A stretch of 64,000 bases of DNA, taken from the NCBI GenBank assembly GCA_965603295.1, contig CBFDCL010000001.1:506-64505 (forward strand). The letters are read 5' to 3'. The stretch is from an uncultured bacterium. GTDB lineage: Bacteria; BMS3Abin14. A program made the translations under genes and the position numbers. This document shows positions 29,072 through 39,525 of this stretch, piece by piece. A model generated the notes under the pieces. The model saw nothing but the letters and a program-made list of their open reading frames with translations, was not told the DNA's origin and searched no databases. The first letter of the stretch is position 1. Every line of letters begins with the position of its first letter.

Positions 29072-29914
29072 TCAAACTTCAAACTCATTGTTTTGCCCGA
29101 GCTTCTCCCTCAACTCTTTCCTGAACCTCTTCACGTCCTCGGTCACTCCGGATAAAATCTCGCCCTTTTTATAAAAATCCATGAACTGGATGTTCGCGAG
29201 TTCGGGGTGAACCAGGATGTCCGGCCCCGAGGAGGACATTTTGCCCCTGACGATGGAGGCCTGCATGATCTGGAAGGTTGAGAAAATGTTCTCCAGCATG
29301 GAGGGTACAGGGTGCTCGTCGTCCGGGACTTTTTGCCCCGATACATCGATGGCCGCAAGGATGTCGCATTCGGACCGGATCAAATCGTAAGGGAGGGGGT
29401 TAACCGTGCTGCCGTCAGTAAGGACCCTGCCGCCGAGTTGATAGGGTTCCAGGAGGACGGGAACCGAGATGCTGGCACGGAGGGCCTGGATGAGCGGCCC
29501 AGACCGGAAAACAACCTCCTCGCGCTTCCAGAAGTCGGTGGCGACGATGCGAAGGTCGAGGGAAAGTTCCTCGAAGGAGAGAACCGGAAGGTGTCCCCTC
29601 AGGAAATCCTCCACTTTTTTCCCCTTGAGAACCCCGAGAGTGCTGAAAACGGAAAAGTCCAGCATGCCGGTCATCCGGCGAATCCCCATCCCGTCGAAGA
29701 TTTCCTCGATTTGCCTGCCGGTGAGCCCCCCCGCGTAAAAAGCCCCGATCACCGCCCCGATGGATGTACCGGAAATGATGGAGGGGCGGATGTCCATCTG
29801 GTCGAGAGTTTTCAAAAAGGCAATGTGGCACAGCCCCTTGGCCCCTCCGCCCCCCAGGGCCAGGCCGACACGACGGGTGCTCTTGTTTGCGGATTTCAAT
29901 ATAAGATCCAACAT
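29072..29914 (-). CDS. patatin-like phospholipase
   Basis: GGGAKG oxyanion motif, GTSIGA nucleophile elbow and DGG motif; N-terminus trimmed out of the repeat tract. Confidence 0.75.
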   Translation of the reverse strand: MLDLILKSANKSTRRVGLALGGGGAKGLCHIAFLKTLDQMDIRPSIISGTSIGAVIGAFYAGGLTGRQIEEIFDGMGIRRMTGMLDFSVFSTLGVLKGKKVEDFLRGHLPVLSFEELSLDLRIVATDFWKREEVVFRSGPLIQALRASISVPVLLEPYQLGGRVLTDGSTVNPLPYDLIRSECDILAAIDVSGQKVPDDEHPVPSMLENIFSTFQIMQASIVRGKMSSSGPDILVHPELANIQFMDFYKKGEILSGVTEDVKRFRKELREKLGQNNEFEV

Positions 29915-29954
29915 CCAAGGTCCAAGGTTGAACTTCAAACTTCAAACTTGGAGT

Positions 29955-31517
29955 TTAGAACGTTCCCGCCCCCCAACGCTCCTGGAAACGGTACACCCCG
30001 GTTTTGATGAACCGTTTGAGCCCGTTTTCCTGCCAGTCCTCGTAGGGAAGAGTGTGGCTCAGGCCGTCGGAGTTATCCCAGAGGGTGTCGAAATAACGGT
30101 TAAAAGCCGCGGTGATGTGAGGCGCGTTGTCCAGAAGGAGATCGGCCTCAAGGTTGAAGTTGCCGATGTTGCGCCTGGTCCAGTTGGCGGAACCGGTAAT
30201 AAAGACGCTGTTTCCGGAATGCCTGTATATTATGGATGCTGATTTGGTGTGGAACTGTTCGCCGTGGGTGTCGGCCCAGCGAACGGAGATATCGTGTTCA
30301 TCGGAAAGTTTCATCAGTTCGGCTGCCACGGGCCGATTGGGAATCCCTATCTTCCTCATTCCAAAAGCGTCGCGGTTCGCGTCCAGGATAAGACGGATGG
30401 TGACGCCCCGTTCGACGGCTTTTTTTATCGCTTCCACGATCTCCCTCTGGGAGAGATAAAACAGGGCGATACGGACCTCGTCCCCCATGCTGGTGCCTTC
30501 AAACAGGCTCACCAGGGAACGGCCCACGGCTCCCTCCGTGAGCACTTTGACTTCCGGCCATCCCGGGGCTGCTGCTGTGCCTCCTGTCAGGCCAACTGCC
30601 TGCCTTCTGACGGACTCGGCCTTAAAAAGCAGGGCATCCGTTGTCCCGGTAATGAGGTTGTTTTGACCTTCCAGGCTCCATCGCAGAACCTCGAGCTCCG
30701 AGTGAAGAATCTCCAGAACCGATCGTCCCCTGACGTGGAGGGCCATGTTGGAATGAGCGGAGCTGCCGTCAGCGGGGTTGAGGCTTCCGATGAGCATCTC
30801 CAGGCCGGTTTTTGAAGAACCGGCGACCACCACCTTCCGATGGTTGGCGTTGAACCTGAGCATCCTGCCGAACTGGAGAATCGATATTTCCGGCCCGCCT
30901 GTCTCGAAAGGGTTGGAAAGCCTCGGAGCCCCGGCCCATTTTTTAAACATGGGGGAGTTTAGGACCTTTTCAAGGATGGACCAGTAAGGAGCATAGATCC
31001 TGTTCGAATCCGAGAGGAAAGTAAGGTCGGTGGATACAACCGGTATCCCTGATTGGAAGAGGTCCTTGAAAAATCCCGGTTGGCTGGATCCGTAGATGCG
31101 GTTGATCGGGTCGGAAAGAACGATAATGTCAAGGTCGGGTATTTCCTGCTTTCTTTGGATAAGGGCCTCGGCCAGTTCCGCAGACAGCTTGCGGTGTTCC
31201 CCGGGGACGCTTCCTTTCCAGGGGTTCCAGAGGAACATGTCGAGGAAGAGGAACCGGTCCGCCCTCCCGATCATGGCCAGGATCTCGTCGAAAATCTCCT
31301 GGTTAAAGACCCGTTTACCGGCTGTGGGGTCCCAGGCCGTATCGTCGATGAGGAGCCTGATGTCCCCGGGGGGGGTGGGAACGTGTGCGGCTTCGATGTC
31401 GAACCCCGGGGGCGCGGGTTTCAGGGTGTAAAGCAGTAGAGGGGAAAGGACAAGGGCAACGGCTGCAAGAGACCATATGGCGGTTGCCTTCCAGTGGCGG
31501 GAAAAGAGGTTTTTCAT
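29955..31517 (-). CDS. phospholipase D / cardiolipin-synthase-like protein with two HKD motifs
   Basis: N-terminal TM helix; HRKVVV and HTKSASI HxK motifs. Confidence 0.7.
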   Translation of the reverse strand: MKNLFSRHWKATAIWSLAAVALVLSPLLLYTLKPAPPGFDIEAAHVPTPPGDIRLLIDDTAWDPTAGKRVFNQEIFDEILAMIGRADRFLFLDMFLWNPWKGSVPGEHRKLSAELAEALIQRKQEIPDLDIIVLSDPINRIYGSSQPGFFKDLFQSGIPVVSTDLTFLSDSNRIYAPYWSILEKVLNSPMFKKWAGAPRLSNPFETGGPEISILQFGRMLRFNANHRKVVVAGSSKTGLEMLIGSLNPADGSSAHSNMALHVRGRSVLEILHSELEVLRWSLEGQNNLITGTTDALLFKAESVRRQAVGLTGGTAAAPGWPEVKVLTEGAVGRSLVSLFEGTSMGDEVRIALFYLSQREIVEAIKKAVERGVTIRLILDANRDAFGMRKIGIPNRPVAAELMKLSDEHDISVRWADTHGEQFHTKSASIIYRHSGNSVFITGSANWTRRNIGNFNLEADLLLDNAPHITAAFNRYFDTLWDNSDGLSHTLPYEDWQENGLKRFIKTGVYRFQERWGAGTF

Positions 31518-31921
31518 GATCTCAGTGTGACCGCTTAGCCGGGATCGTGTCAACAGTAGATCCAAGAGGAATCAAAGCCCAATGCCCAAAGACCAAAGAA
31601 AACACAGGTGATTAGTAACTGGTGACCCCTCGACAGGCTTCCTCCTTCGCCTGAAGCTTAGGTGGACAGGCAGGGGATCCGGGGGGTCCAGGGAACAGAG
31701 TCCAGAGTCCAGAGAAAAGAAGGATCCAAGGTCCAACATCCAGGAAAACCACGTTAAACGTTAAACAATAAATGAAAAACGTTATTTCCCTCTGAGCACT
31801 GAACCCTGAACAGCTCTTCTGCCTCATTGAATCCTTGAAGACCGGGTCGATTAAGGATAACCTTTCCTGAACGGATTGGGCCGGTAGGGGGAAACCTGGT
31901 GTATTGACAGGGAGGCAAGAA

Positions 31922-32212
31922 ATGTCCGAGAAAAAGAGCGTATGGAAAAATTTTACTACGGGGCAAACCTGGCTGCGGGGCTTGTTCATGCTCCTGTTCG
32001 CCCTGATTTACAGCTTCGCGGAGGTCATCGTTGGCATCGTGGTTCTGCTCCAGTTCCTGTTCGTCCTGTTCTCCGGCGAAGAGAATCGCCGGTTAAAGGA
32101 GTTTGGTGCGGGGCTGTCCGTCTATATCTACCGGATCATCGCGTACTGGACCTATAACTCGGAGGAGAAGCCGTTCCCCTTTGCCCCGTGGCCAGAGAGT
32201 GATGAGACATAG
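31922..32212 (+). CDS. small hypothetical membrane protein (96 aa)
   Basis: Two predicted TM helices; no recognisable family. Confidence 0.4.
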   Translation: MSEKKSVWKNFTTGQTWLRGLFMLLFALIYSFAEVIVGIVVLLQFLFVLFSGEENRRLKEFGAGLSVYIYRIIAYWTYNSEEKPFPFAPWPESDET

Positions 32213-32391
32213 TTTCATCACCTCGGTGCGAAAGGCGCAAAGCGCTGGGATGCCCAAAAGGGAAAATCCAGGGATGGGTTGGAAATCTTTGAGGAGACAG
32301 GAGCTTCGATCCCCCCCTCTCCGTGTCTCCGCGTCTCCGTGTCAAACGGTCTAGACAAGAATTAACCTGTCTGTCACATAGAGAACCCCAT

Positions 32392-33294
32392 ATGACCACC
32401 GATCCCCGATCCCATGTACCTCTTTCCGGAGGGGCACTCCTCATCTTAGTGTGCCTCATCTGGGGCGGGAACATGGTTTCCATCAAGTTCAGCAACCAGG
32501 GGGTTCCTCCCATGATTGCTGCCACCCTGAGATCCGTTTTGGCGGCGGTATGTCTGTGGGGTTTTGCGGCACTCAGGGGAAAACGGGTGCTCCTCCGGGG
32601 GGCGGACCTCAAACACGGGATCGTCATAGGGATCCTCTTCGGTCTGGATTTTTTCTTCCTTTATTGGGGAACCGCTTTCACGGTGGCATCCCGGGCCATC
32701 ATTTTCCTTTATACCCACTCCATCTGGGCCGCCATCGGAGCCCATTTCTTTCTCAAGGGAGACCGTCTCACTCCGATGAAAACCGGGGGCCTTCTCCTTG
32801 CATTCCTCGGTGTCGCATCGGTGTTCGGAGTCCGGTCAGAAGGACTCCCCCCGTCCTTCTGGATCGGGGATCTCATGGAGGTTGCCGCCGCCCTGTTCTG
32901 GGCCGCGACCACTCTATATATCAAGAGGGTTGCCAGCACGAGGCCCATTGACCATTACCAGACCCTTTTCGCCCAGCTGCTTTACTCTATTCCCGTTCTG
33001 GCCCTGGGTTGGCTGTTCCTGGACCTGGGCAAGCCGGTGACTCTTGACAGACTTGTCCTCGGGGCCCTGGCCTACCAGATTCTGCTTACGGCATTTTTCA
33101 GCTACGTTCTCTGGTTCTGGATGATTCACACCTACCCGGTGAGCCGTCTTGCCGCCTTTATCTTCCTCGCCCCCCTGTTCGGAGTTCTCCTGGGAGCGGT
33201 TGCTCAGGGGGATCCTATAACGATGCAGTTGATGATGGGGTTGGGGTGTGTCGGTGGAGGCATATATCTCGTAAATAAACCCCAGAAAAGTTAA
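32392..33294 (+). CDS. DMT-superfamily (EamA) transporter
   Basis: 10-TM EamA profile; start at MTTDPRS. Confidence 0.7.
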   Translation: MTTDPRSHVPLSGGALLILVCLIWGGNMVSIKFSNQGVPPMIAATLRSVLAAVCLWGFAALRGKRVLLRGADLKHGIVIGILFGLDFFFLYWGTAFTVASRAIIFLYTHSIWAAIGAHFFLKGDRLTPMKTGGLLLAFLGVASVFGVRSEGLPPSFWIGDLMEVAAALFWAATTLYIKRVASTRPIDHYQTLFAQLLYSIPVLALGWLFLDLGKPVTLDRLVLGALAYQILLTAFFSYVLWFWMIHTYPVSRLAAFIFLAPLFGVLLGAVAQGDPITMQLMMGLGCVGGGIYLVNKPQKS

Positions 33295-33395
33295 CGAGAT
33301 ATATGCCTCCAGTTCCTAGTGTGTGTCTGGACCTGGAAACCAGGAACCAGGTGCAAGATACTGCCCTTCTGCACTCTTGACGGCCGAAAAACAAT

Positions 33396-33443
33396 TAGCA
33401 TCTGCTGCGTTCTCAGTCGCGCGTGATCCTCGAAACACCCGGC
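33396..33443. repeat. module W copy (gcatctgctgcgttctcagtcgcgcgtgatcctcgaaacacccggc)
   Basis: About 43/48 identical to 16561-16608. Confidence 0.6.
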
Positions 33444-33449
33444 TGGGCC

Positions 33450-33944
33450 CTAACGGTTTTTCTCCGTGTCTCCGTGTCCCTGTGTCTTCGCGTCTGACGA
33501 TTTACCCCTTAGAGTCTCGATCTCCACGCGGATGACCACGACATTCTCGAGGTCTATCCCGGGAAAATCATATTTTCGGTCCGAATACTGGCCCATGAGG
33601 ATGGCAAGACCCTTTTTCTTGTCCTCGGGTCCGGTGAGGATGCGGGCTTTGCCTGTGCCGATGATGCTGCGGAATTCGGCCGTCCAGGAACAGGCTTTTT
33701 CGCCCCGGGCCAGCCTGTAATGGGAAACAACGGTGAAACAGATCTCGGGGTTTTTCCCCAGGACATCGATCTTCCGGCCTTCAGGAGCGGAGTGGAAGAA
33801 AAGGGCGTCGTCCCAGTAACCAAAGTTTAACGGAACGACGTAGGGCTTCCCGTCGTCCACCATGGAGAGATAACAGATCTCGCCCCGGCGGAGGATGTCG
33901 ATGAGTTCCTCTTGGGACTCAATTATTTTGTCTTTCCGGCGCAT
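33450..33944 (-). CDS. pyridoxamine 5'-phosphate oxidase-like FMN-binding protein
   Basis: PNPOx split-barrel blocks; the last ~12 codons are encoded by a CTCCGTG repeat tract. Confidence 0.6.
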   Translation of the reverse strand: MRRKDKIIESQEELIDILRRGEICYLSMVDDGKPYVVPLNFGYWDDALFFHSAPEGRKIDVLGKNPEICFTVVSHYRLARGEKACSWTAEFRSIIGTGKARILTGPEDKKKGLAILMGQYSDRKYDFPGIDLENVVVIRVEIETLRGKSSDAKTQGHGDTEKNR

Positions 33945-34139
33945 AGGTTTTTTATATCAGAATTCAGAAGGCAGGAGAAAAGGAGAGTTGAGCATAAAGG
34001 ATCATTAAGGGTTTCTCGTTTCTGGAATATACAACTTCAAAAACTTCCGTTTCGACTCCGACCGGAACCAGGACTAGGATTACCTCTCCCCCTTGTGGTA
34101 TCTTTTTCGCAAAGTTCCTGATTAAAGGAGACCATACGC

Positions 34140-34856
34140 ATGAAGCGCAGCTTTCTTTTCATCCTGATCCTAATTTTCCTCCTCGGCCCTGCCCACAATT
34201 CCTCCGCGGGTTTCCTTGACGATCTTCTCAAGCAGGTGACGGGATCGAAGGAGAGCGAGGAAGACACCCTTGTCTCCGGCCTGAAGGAGGCACTGGACAT
34301 CGGGACGAAGAACGCGGTGAAAACCGTTTCGCAGGAAAACGGGTATTTCGGGAACCTTGACATAAAGATCCCGGTTCCCCGGAAGATTGAGAAGGCGGAA
34401 TCGGTCCTGAGGAAAATCGGACTGGGCAAGCAGGTGGACGAGTTCATCCTCAGCATGAACAGGGCGGCTGAAGGAGCGGCCCCTCAGGCAGTGGACATCT
34501 TCGTGGGGGCCATCCGTGACATGACCGTGGTGGATGCCTACGGGATCGTGAAGGGTGAGGAGACCGCCGGCACCGAGTATTTCCGGGGGAAAACCTCCGA
34601 CGACCTGACTGGCCTCTTCCGTCCGGTAATTACCGAATCCATGGCCCGTGTCGGCGTGGTGAAAAGCTACAAAAAAATGATCGACAAGTACAATTCCCTT
34701 CCCCTTGTGAATAAAGTGGATGTGGATCTGGAAGGATATGTCACCGAAGAAGCCCTGAACGGTCTTTTCTTCATGGTTGGAGAAGAGGAGAAGAAGATCC
34801 GGACGGACCCGGCAGCAAGGGTGACGGAGTTGTTACGGAAAGTTTTTGGCAATTAA
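34140..34856 (+). CDS. secreted protein, DUF4197-like
   Basis: Signal peptide; family call from memory only. Confidence 0.45.
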   Translation: MKRSFLFILILIFLLGPAHNSSAGFLDDLLKQVTGSKESEEDTLVSGLKEALDIGTKNAVKTVSQENGYFGNLDIKIPVPRKIEKAESVLRKIGLGKQVDEFILSMNRAAEGAAPQAVDIFVGAIRDMTVVDAYGIVKGEETAGTEYFRGKTSDDLTGLFRPVITESMARVGVVKSYKKMIDKYNSLPLVNKVDVDLEGYVTEEALNGLFFMVGEEEKKIRTDPAARVTELLRKVFGN

Positions 34857-34970
34857 TGGCAGAATGCAGAATGGGGAAGTCAGAACAAGACAAGGCAAAT
34901 AGAATCTCATCAAACAGGTTTGCTTCTGGCTCCTGGCTCCTGGATTCCAAACTTACCGAGGAAAATCCTG

Positions 34971-35444
34971 ATGTTTAAAAAACAGATCAGTTCAACAATC
35001 GATATTGAAGCCTCCCCGGAAGAGATCTGGAAGCACCTGACCGATTTTGCGGCCTATTCCCAGTGGAACCCTTTCATTGCCGGAATTGAGGGGGAAACCG
35101 TTGTCGGTGCCCGCATCCAGGTTACCCTTCACCTGGAGAACGGTAAGACGATGGTTTTTAAGCCCACTGTCAGAGAGGCTACCCCCGGGAAAAACCTGAT
35201 GTGGTTGGGGCGCACTGCCCTGCCGGGGCTGCTGGACGGGAAACACTCGTTTACCATCGAGAGGCAAGGCGAAAGGTCATCCCGTTTCATCCAGGCGGAG
35301 GTCTTCTCCGGGATCCTGGTTCCCCTGTTACCCGGTGCTCTTCTTGAGCAGAGTGTGAAAGGTTTTGAAATGTTTAACGCCGTGCTGAAAGAGAGGGCGG
35401 AAGGGAAGGAGGAGCCAGGAGATTTAAGTCAGGATCCGGAATAA
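34971..35444 (+). CDS. SRPBCC-superfamily (polyketide cyclase/dehydrase-like) protein
   Basis: About 157 aa with a START/Bet v1-like pattern. Confidence 0.55.
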   Translation: MFKKQISSTIDIEASPEEIWKHLTDFAAYSQWNPFIAGIEGETVVGARIQVTLHLENGKTMVFKPTVREATPGKNLMWLGRTALPGLLDGKHSFTIERQGERSSRFIQAEVFSGILVPLLPGALLEQSVKGFEMFNAVLKERAEGKEEPGDLSQDPE

Positions 35445-35555
35445 ACAGGAATATTCATAGGTTGATACATGTTGAGAGTTGAGTGTTGAGTGTTGAGGGT
35501 TTATGTTCGCAACGCCCAACGGTCAACCCGTAACCTTTCCGTCAGGGGGTGAACC

Positions 35556-35789
35556 ATGAAACACAATATGGGAACAGTCGATCGAATCATCAGGGGGCTT
35601 GTGGCGGTTGTTCTTGCCTACCTGATCTTCTCGAAGGCGGTCAGCGGTGCTCTGGCCATTGTCCTGGGTGTTGTGGCTCTGGCCATGATTGTTACGGCCA
35701 TCTTTGCTTACTGTCCGCCTTATGACCTGCTGGGAATAAAGACGTGCCGATGCGACGATCACGGGGAAGACAAGTCGGCCGAGGTGTAA
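35556..35789 (+). CDS. DUF2892 (YgaP-like) small membrane protein
   Basis: GTVDRIIRG...CPPYDLLGIKTC signature. Confidence 0.6.
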   Translation: MKHNMGTVDRIIRGLVAVVLAYLIFSKAVSGALAIVLGVVALAMIVTAIFAYCPPYDLLGIKTCRCDDHGEDKSAEV

Positions 35790-35870
35790 GGACAGCTGCT
35801 GCAGCTTTTTTTGAGGGGTTCTCTTTGGGAGAGGAGGCCCCTTTTCTCATGGTCCGTTCGGGAGCATTCT

Positions 35871-37343
35871 ATGGCCATGAACCGGGGTTTTACCGAAGAG
35901 CCTTCCGGAGATCTTCCGGACCACCTGGCACGAGTGAAAAGCTACGTACTCTCGGTTGGGGAATCCGCAGTTGACATTGCGGTCTCCATCCTGGCCCTCG
36001 TTATTGTGGGGCGTTTCTACGGGCCCGAGGGGATGGGCGTCTACACTTTCCTCATGTCCGTCTTTGTGATTGTTGTTTTCCTGTCGGAAGTCGGTATCGA
36101 CAAATGGATCGAAAAGGAACTGGCATCCGAGGGGCAGATTGATACTTCCCGAATGCTTGCCGAGGCAAAGGGCGCGGTTCTCCTCTCTGGACTGGCGGGC
36201 TGTCTGGCGATGTTGATTTTCGGAGCCTGGGCTTCGAAAAGCCCAACAGTGGCCGGGGGTACCTGGCCGGGGTTTGTTCTCCTTGCCCTTGCCGTGCCTC
36301 TGAACCTCAGGTCAGGGCTTCAGGTGTCGGTGCTCCACGGACAGGGAAAGCCCGGTGAGGCGGCTCGAGCGGGGTTCGTCAAACGCTCTGTTTTTCTGGC
36401 AAGCGTATTTACCCTTGCCTATCTTCGCTTCCGGCCCGAGCTGCTCATGGCTGGTTTTGTTCTGTCCGAGGCGGCATCCCTGGCTTCGGCCAGGAGGCGT
36501 GTCAGGATGCCTTCCATAGGCGCGGTTCTCAAGAGGATCCGTGGGGTCGGGGAAACGTTCCGGATGGGCTCACAGTATTATTTTACTCACGAGGCGCTCA
36601 AGGTCCTCTTCTTCGTGGATTTTTTTATCCTTGGGTTGTTCGTGTCTGCCACTCAAGAGGGGTCTTATGCCCAGGCCTCGGTTCTGGCCCGTTTCTTCCT
36701 GCTCATCCCTCTGGGGGCGGCTCCCCTTTATCGGGTCAAAGTGTACAGGGCTTCGGGTTCCGGGCAAGGAGAGATCTTTTCCGATTCCGCCCGGACCGCA
36801 GCCAGGCTTTTCACTCTTCACTCGATGGCGGGGTTGTTGTTCCTGCTCTACTTTCCCCATGTTCTCAGGGTCGTATTCAGGGTCCAAGGAGATACACCTG
36901 TTTTTTTCCAGGTTTTTTCCCTCCTTCTCCCGGGTTTGCTTTTATTTGCTTCCACTCTTGTTCTTGAACCGTTCTTCGGTGCCAGTGGGCGGGAAGAAGA
37001 CCTTAACCGTATCGCCCTGAAGGTTTTCATCCTCAACGCGTTCCTGAACTCCTACCTGATCCCTTACGCGGGGGTCCTCGGCGCCGCAACCGCTACGACC
37101 ATCTCACTCTCCGTGTATTTTGTCCTGTTTTCCAGGGAACTCGGGGAAATCGGTACCATTCCCCTTGGCTCTTACCTCCTGAGCGGGATCCTGGTGTATG
37201 TCAGCTACCATGTTTTATTTCCGGTTCAACCTTATCTTTTCATTGTCTTGCCCCTGGTTTTCGTCGTCCTGCCGGTCTTGTTCTGGGTGTTGGGTTTATT
37301 CGGTCAGGGGCAGGGAAAAAGACAATTGAGAATTGAGAGTTAA
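35871..37343 (+). CDS. polysaccharide biosynthesis protein / Wzx-like flippase (MOP superfamily)
   Basis: About 14 TM helices; the C-terminal 7 codons and stop are supplied by a GAGAATT repeat. Confidence 0.6.
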   Translation: MAMNRGFTEEPSGDLPDHLARVKSYVLSVGESAVDIAVSILALVIVGRFYGPEGMGVYTFLMSVFVIVVFLSEVGIDKWIEKELASEGQIDTSRMLAEAKGAVLLSGLAGCLAMLIFGAWASKSPTVAGGTWPGFVLLALAVPLNLRSGLQVSVLHGQGKPGEAARAGFVKRSVFLASVFTLAYLRFRPELLMAGFVLSEAASLASARRRVRMPSIGAVLKRIRGVGETFRMGSQYYFTHEALKVLFFVDFFILGLFVSATQEGSYAQASVLARFFLLIPLGAAPLYRVKVYRASGSGQGEIFSDSARTAARLFTLHSMAGLLFLLYFPHVLRVVFRVQGDTPVFFQVFSLLLPGLLLFASTLVLEPFFGASGREEDLNRIALKVFILNAFLNSYLIPYAGVLGAATATTISLSVYFVLFSRELGEIGTIPLGSYLLSGILVYVSYHVLFPVQPYLFIVLPLVFVVLPVLFWVLGLFGQGQGKRQLRIES

Positions 37344-37768
37344 GAATTTCAGCCGGTGACTGGTGATTGGTGACTGGGGAACGGTTTGATGTTTGAAGTT
37401 GGATAACCGCGCTGTCATCGCGAGCTGGCATCTGCGCGAAGCGATCCCATAGTGAAGGTTGAAAATCGAGCCTTGGACAGGCTCAGGCCGGGGGAGTTGA
37501 AAATTGAGGATGAACGACAGTGGATCTTTGGGGTCAGAGACCAGCTTTTCGGAAGCCCCAATCCGGATGTCTAAAGGCCAGGGAAAACGGTGATTAGTGA
37601 TTGGTGAATGGAAGATGATGATCAGTTTTACGTTTGAAGTTCAATCTTGGATTCTGAATCTATTCCTTCTTCAACTTTCCACCTTTTTTCTTCCTGTTCT
37701 GTTCACCATTCCCAGTGTTTAACTTCAAACCCGAACATCAACTTCCAAACTCTCAAACTCTCAAACTC

Positions 37769-38806
37769 TCAAACTTTTTTTACGCTTTTCCCCCTGGCAA
37801 GAGCGAAACGGTTGGTCCATTTCTTGGCCGAACCGACGGCCTTATTTTTCGGTTTCAAACCCGTGATGAGCTCCAGGATGTGGCCGGCCTTCGATCCGTT
37901 TTTCAGGAACAGGTTCTTGCATCCCATGCACGAGGTGATGATGGTGGTGCCACTGGAAATCGTTACCGCCTTTTCGGTAAACAGCCGGGCAAGGTCCGGA
38001 TCCTGAGCGGCGAGACTTCCACCGTATCCGCAGCAGGCGGGGGACCCCTGTTCTTCCATCTCACCGTTTACGGCAAGGCCTACGATCCGGCCTGTTTTCC
38101 CGGCCATCGCCTCCACGTGGTAGAAGGGGCACGGATGGTGAAGGTAGAGGTTCTCACCGTCGGGTCGTTCATCCAGGATGTCCTCCGGAAGGAGTTCGAT
38201 CACGTAGCTGGTCTTTACACCGGGCATGAACCCATCGAAAACCTTCTTGCAGTTCGCGCACCCGACGATGAGTCGCTCGACGCCAGCGTGAGAGAGCCTC
38301 TCCCGAATCCGTCCGCATGCGTCTAGCACCGGCCCCGTGTCCCCCATCTGCCACAGGGGATCGAAGCAGCAGTCCATCGCGAGGCCGACATCCTCACCAA
38401 GGACCGTTTCCAGCAACCGGCGTGTGGCCTCGGTGGCTTCAGGGCTCGTTCCGGCCAGGGAACAGCCCGGCCAGAAGGCTGTCGGCAAGGGATCGTAACG
38501 GATAAATGGCGCATTGTGTCCCCTTTCCGCGAAGCTTTTTGCCCCTTTGATTGCCCTGGCGGCGGTATCCGGGAGCTTCCCCGCTTCAATACGGCTTTGC
38601 TTTGTCAGGAACATTGCCGAGGACGGGGAAAGGTCGAGAGGGCACCGATGGTCGCACCCTTTGCAGTTAGTACAGAGGAAGGCAAGGTCAGGCCTGTTGG
38701 AGATAATGTCCTCGGGAGAGCCGTGGGTCTCGAGAAAGGGACAGGCGGGGACGCACCGGGCGCAGGAGGTACAATCGTTCAGGAAATCGGGCACGGAATC
38801 AGACAT
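37769..38806 (-). CDS. (Fe-S)-binding oxidoreductase with two CCG domains (GlcF/HdrD/LutA-like)
   Basis: CxxCxxCxxxCP ferredoxin motifs plus CCG motifs (CCGYGG). Confidence 0.7.
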   Translation of the reverse strand: MSDSVPDFLNDCTSCARCVPACPFLETHGSPEDIISNRPDLAFLCTNCKGCDHRCPLDLSPSSAMFLTKQSRIEAGKLPDTAARAIKGAKSFAERGHNAPFIRYDPLPTAFWPGCSLAGTSPEATEATRRLLETVLGEDVGLAMDCCFDPLWQMGDTGPVLDACGRIRERLSHAGVERLIVGCANCKKVFDGFMPGVKTSYVIELLPEDILDERPDGENLYLHHPCPFYHVEAMAGKTGRIVGLAVNGEMEEQGSPACCGYGGSLAAQDPDLARLFTEKAVTISSGTTIITSCMGCKNLFLKNGSKAGHILELITGLKPKNKAVGSAKKWTNRFALARGKSVKKV

Positions 38807-38960
38807 GGGTTACGGACTATAACAATAAGGAAATGTTTCGGGAAGAGGGGATTGCCTGGACAGATAATGGGATCAGAAAATGATTGAAAGAATATCTTGA
38901 TACCAATAGTTTAAAAGGGAACGCTTCTTGAAATTTGAAATATGAAAAATAGTTTCCCTC

Positions 38961-39290
38961 ATGGATTTTGAAAAACTCAAAAAAGAATGCGAAATCAACA
39001 CTTTCCGGGCTCCCGGGCCCGGGGGACAGCACAAGAATGTCACCGATTCCGCGGTGCGTTTGAAGCATCGACCCACGGGGATCGTTGTTATCGGACGCAG
39101 GCACCGGTCCCAGCATCGCAATATGGCCGATGCGTTGAGTCGCCTGGCTGAAAAGATCGAGGAGAGCCGCAGGGTCCGGAGGAAGAGGAAGCCTACCCGG
39201 AAGCCGAGAGCCGTTCGGGAAAGGGAGCTGGAAATGAAGAAAAAGACAGGAGTTCGAAAGTCCCTGCGTCGCAGGATCCCTCCTCCCTAA
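38961..39290 (+). CDS. arfB: peptidyl-tRNA hydrolase ArfB-like (class I release-factor GGQ domain, basic tail)
   Basis: GPGGQHKN GGQ motif and Arg/Lys-rich C-terminal tail. Confidence 0.65.
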   Translation: MDFEKLKKECEINTFRAPGPGGQHKNVTDSAVRLKHRPTGIVVIGRRHRSQHRNMADALSRLAEKIEESRRVRRKRKPTRKPRAVRERELEMKKKTGVRKSLRRRIPPP

Positions 39291-39525
39291 CCGGGGGACC
39301 CGCGAGTCAAGAATGCGGCTTTAAGAGCGGATCCAGGATCCAGGAACCAAGATCCAAGAAAAAATCCAGAGATCAGAAACTAATTGGAAATATGAAGACT
39401 CTAGATTCAAACCACGAATCTCAACTTGAAACCTCAAACTGCAAACTTCAAACACTAACCCTCAACTCTCAATTCTCAACTGCCTTTCCCGTTGGACATT
39501 GGACGTTGGACGTTGGACTCTGCCT

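Noticed and set aside
32290-32345. tmRNA or tRNA-like 3' end (gagcttcgatccccccctctcc resembles a T-arm or GGUUCGAUUCCCCC)
   Set aside because: No complementary T-stem, no acceptor stem or CCA context, and no upstream tRNA-like D or anticodon arms. The adjacent ctccgtgtctccg motif is another heptamer repeat tract.
37425-37440. Sigma-54 promoter-like tggcatctgcgcg
   Set aside because: The GG-to-GC spacing is 9 rather than 12 nt, and the -12 TTGC element is absent.
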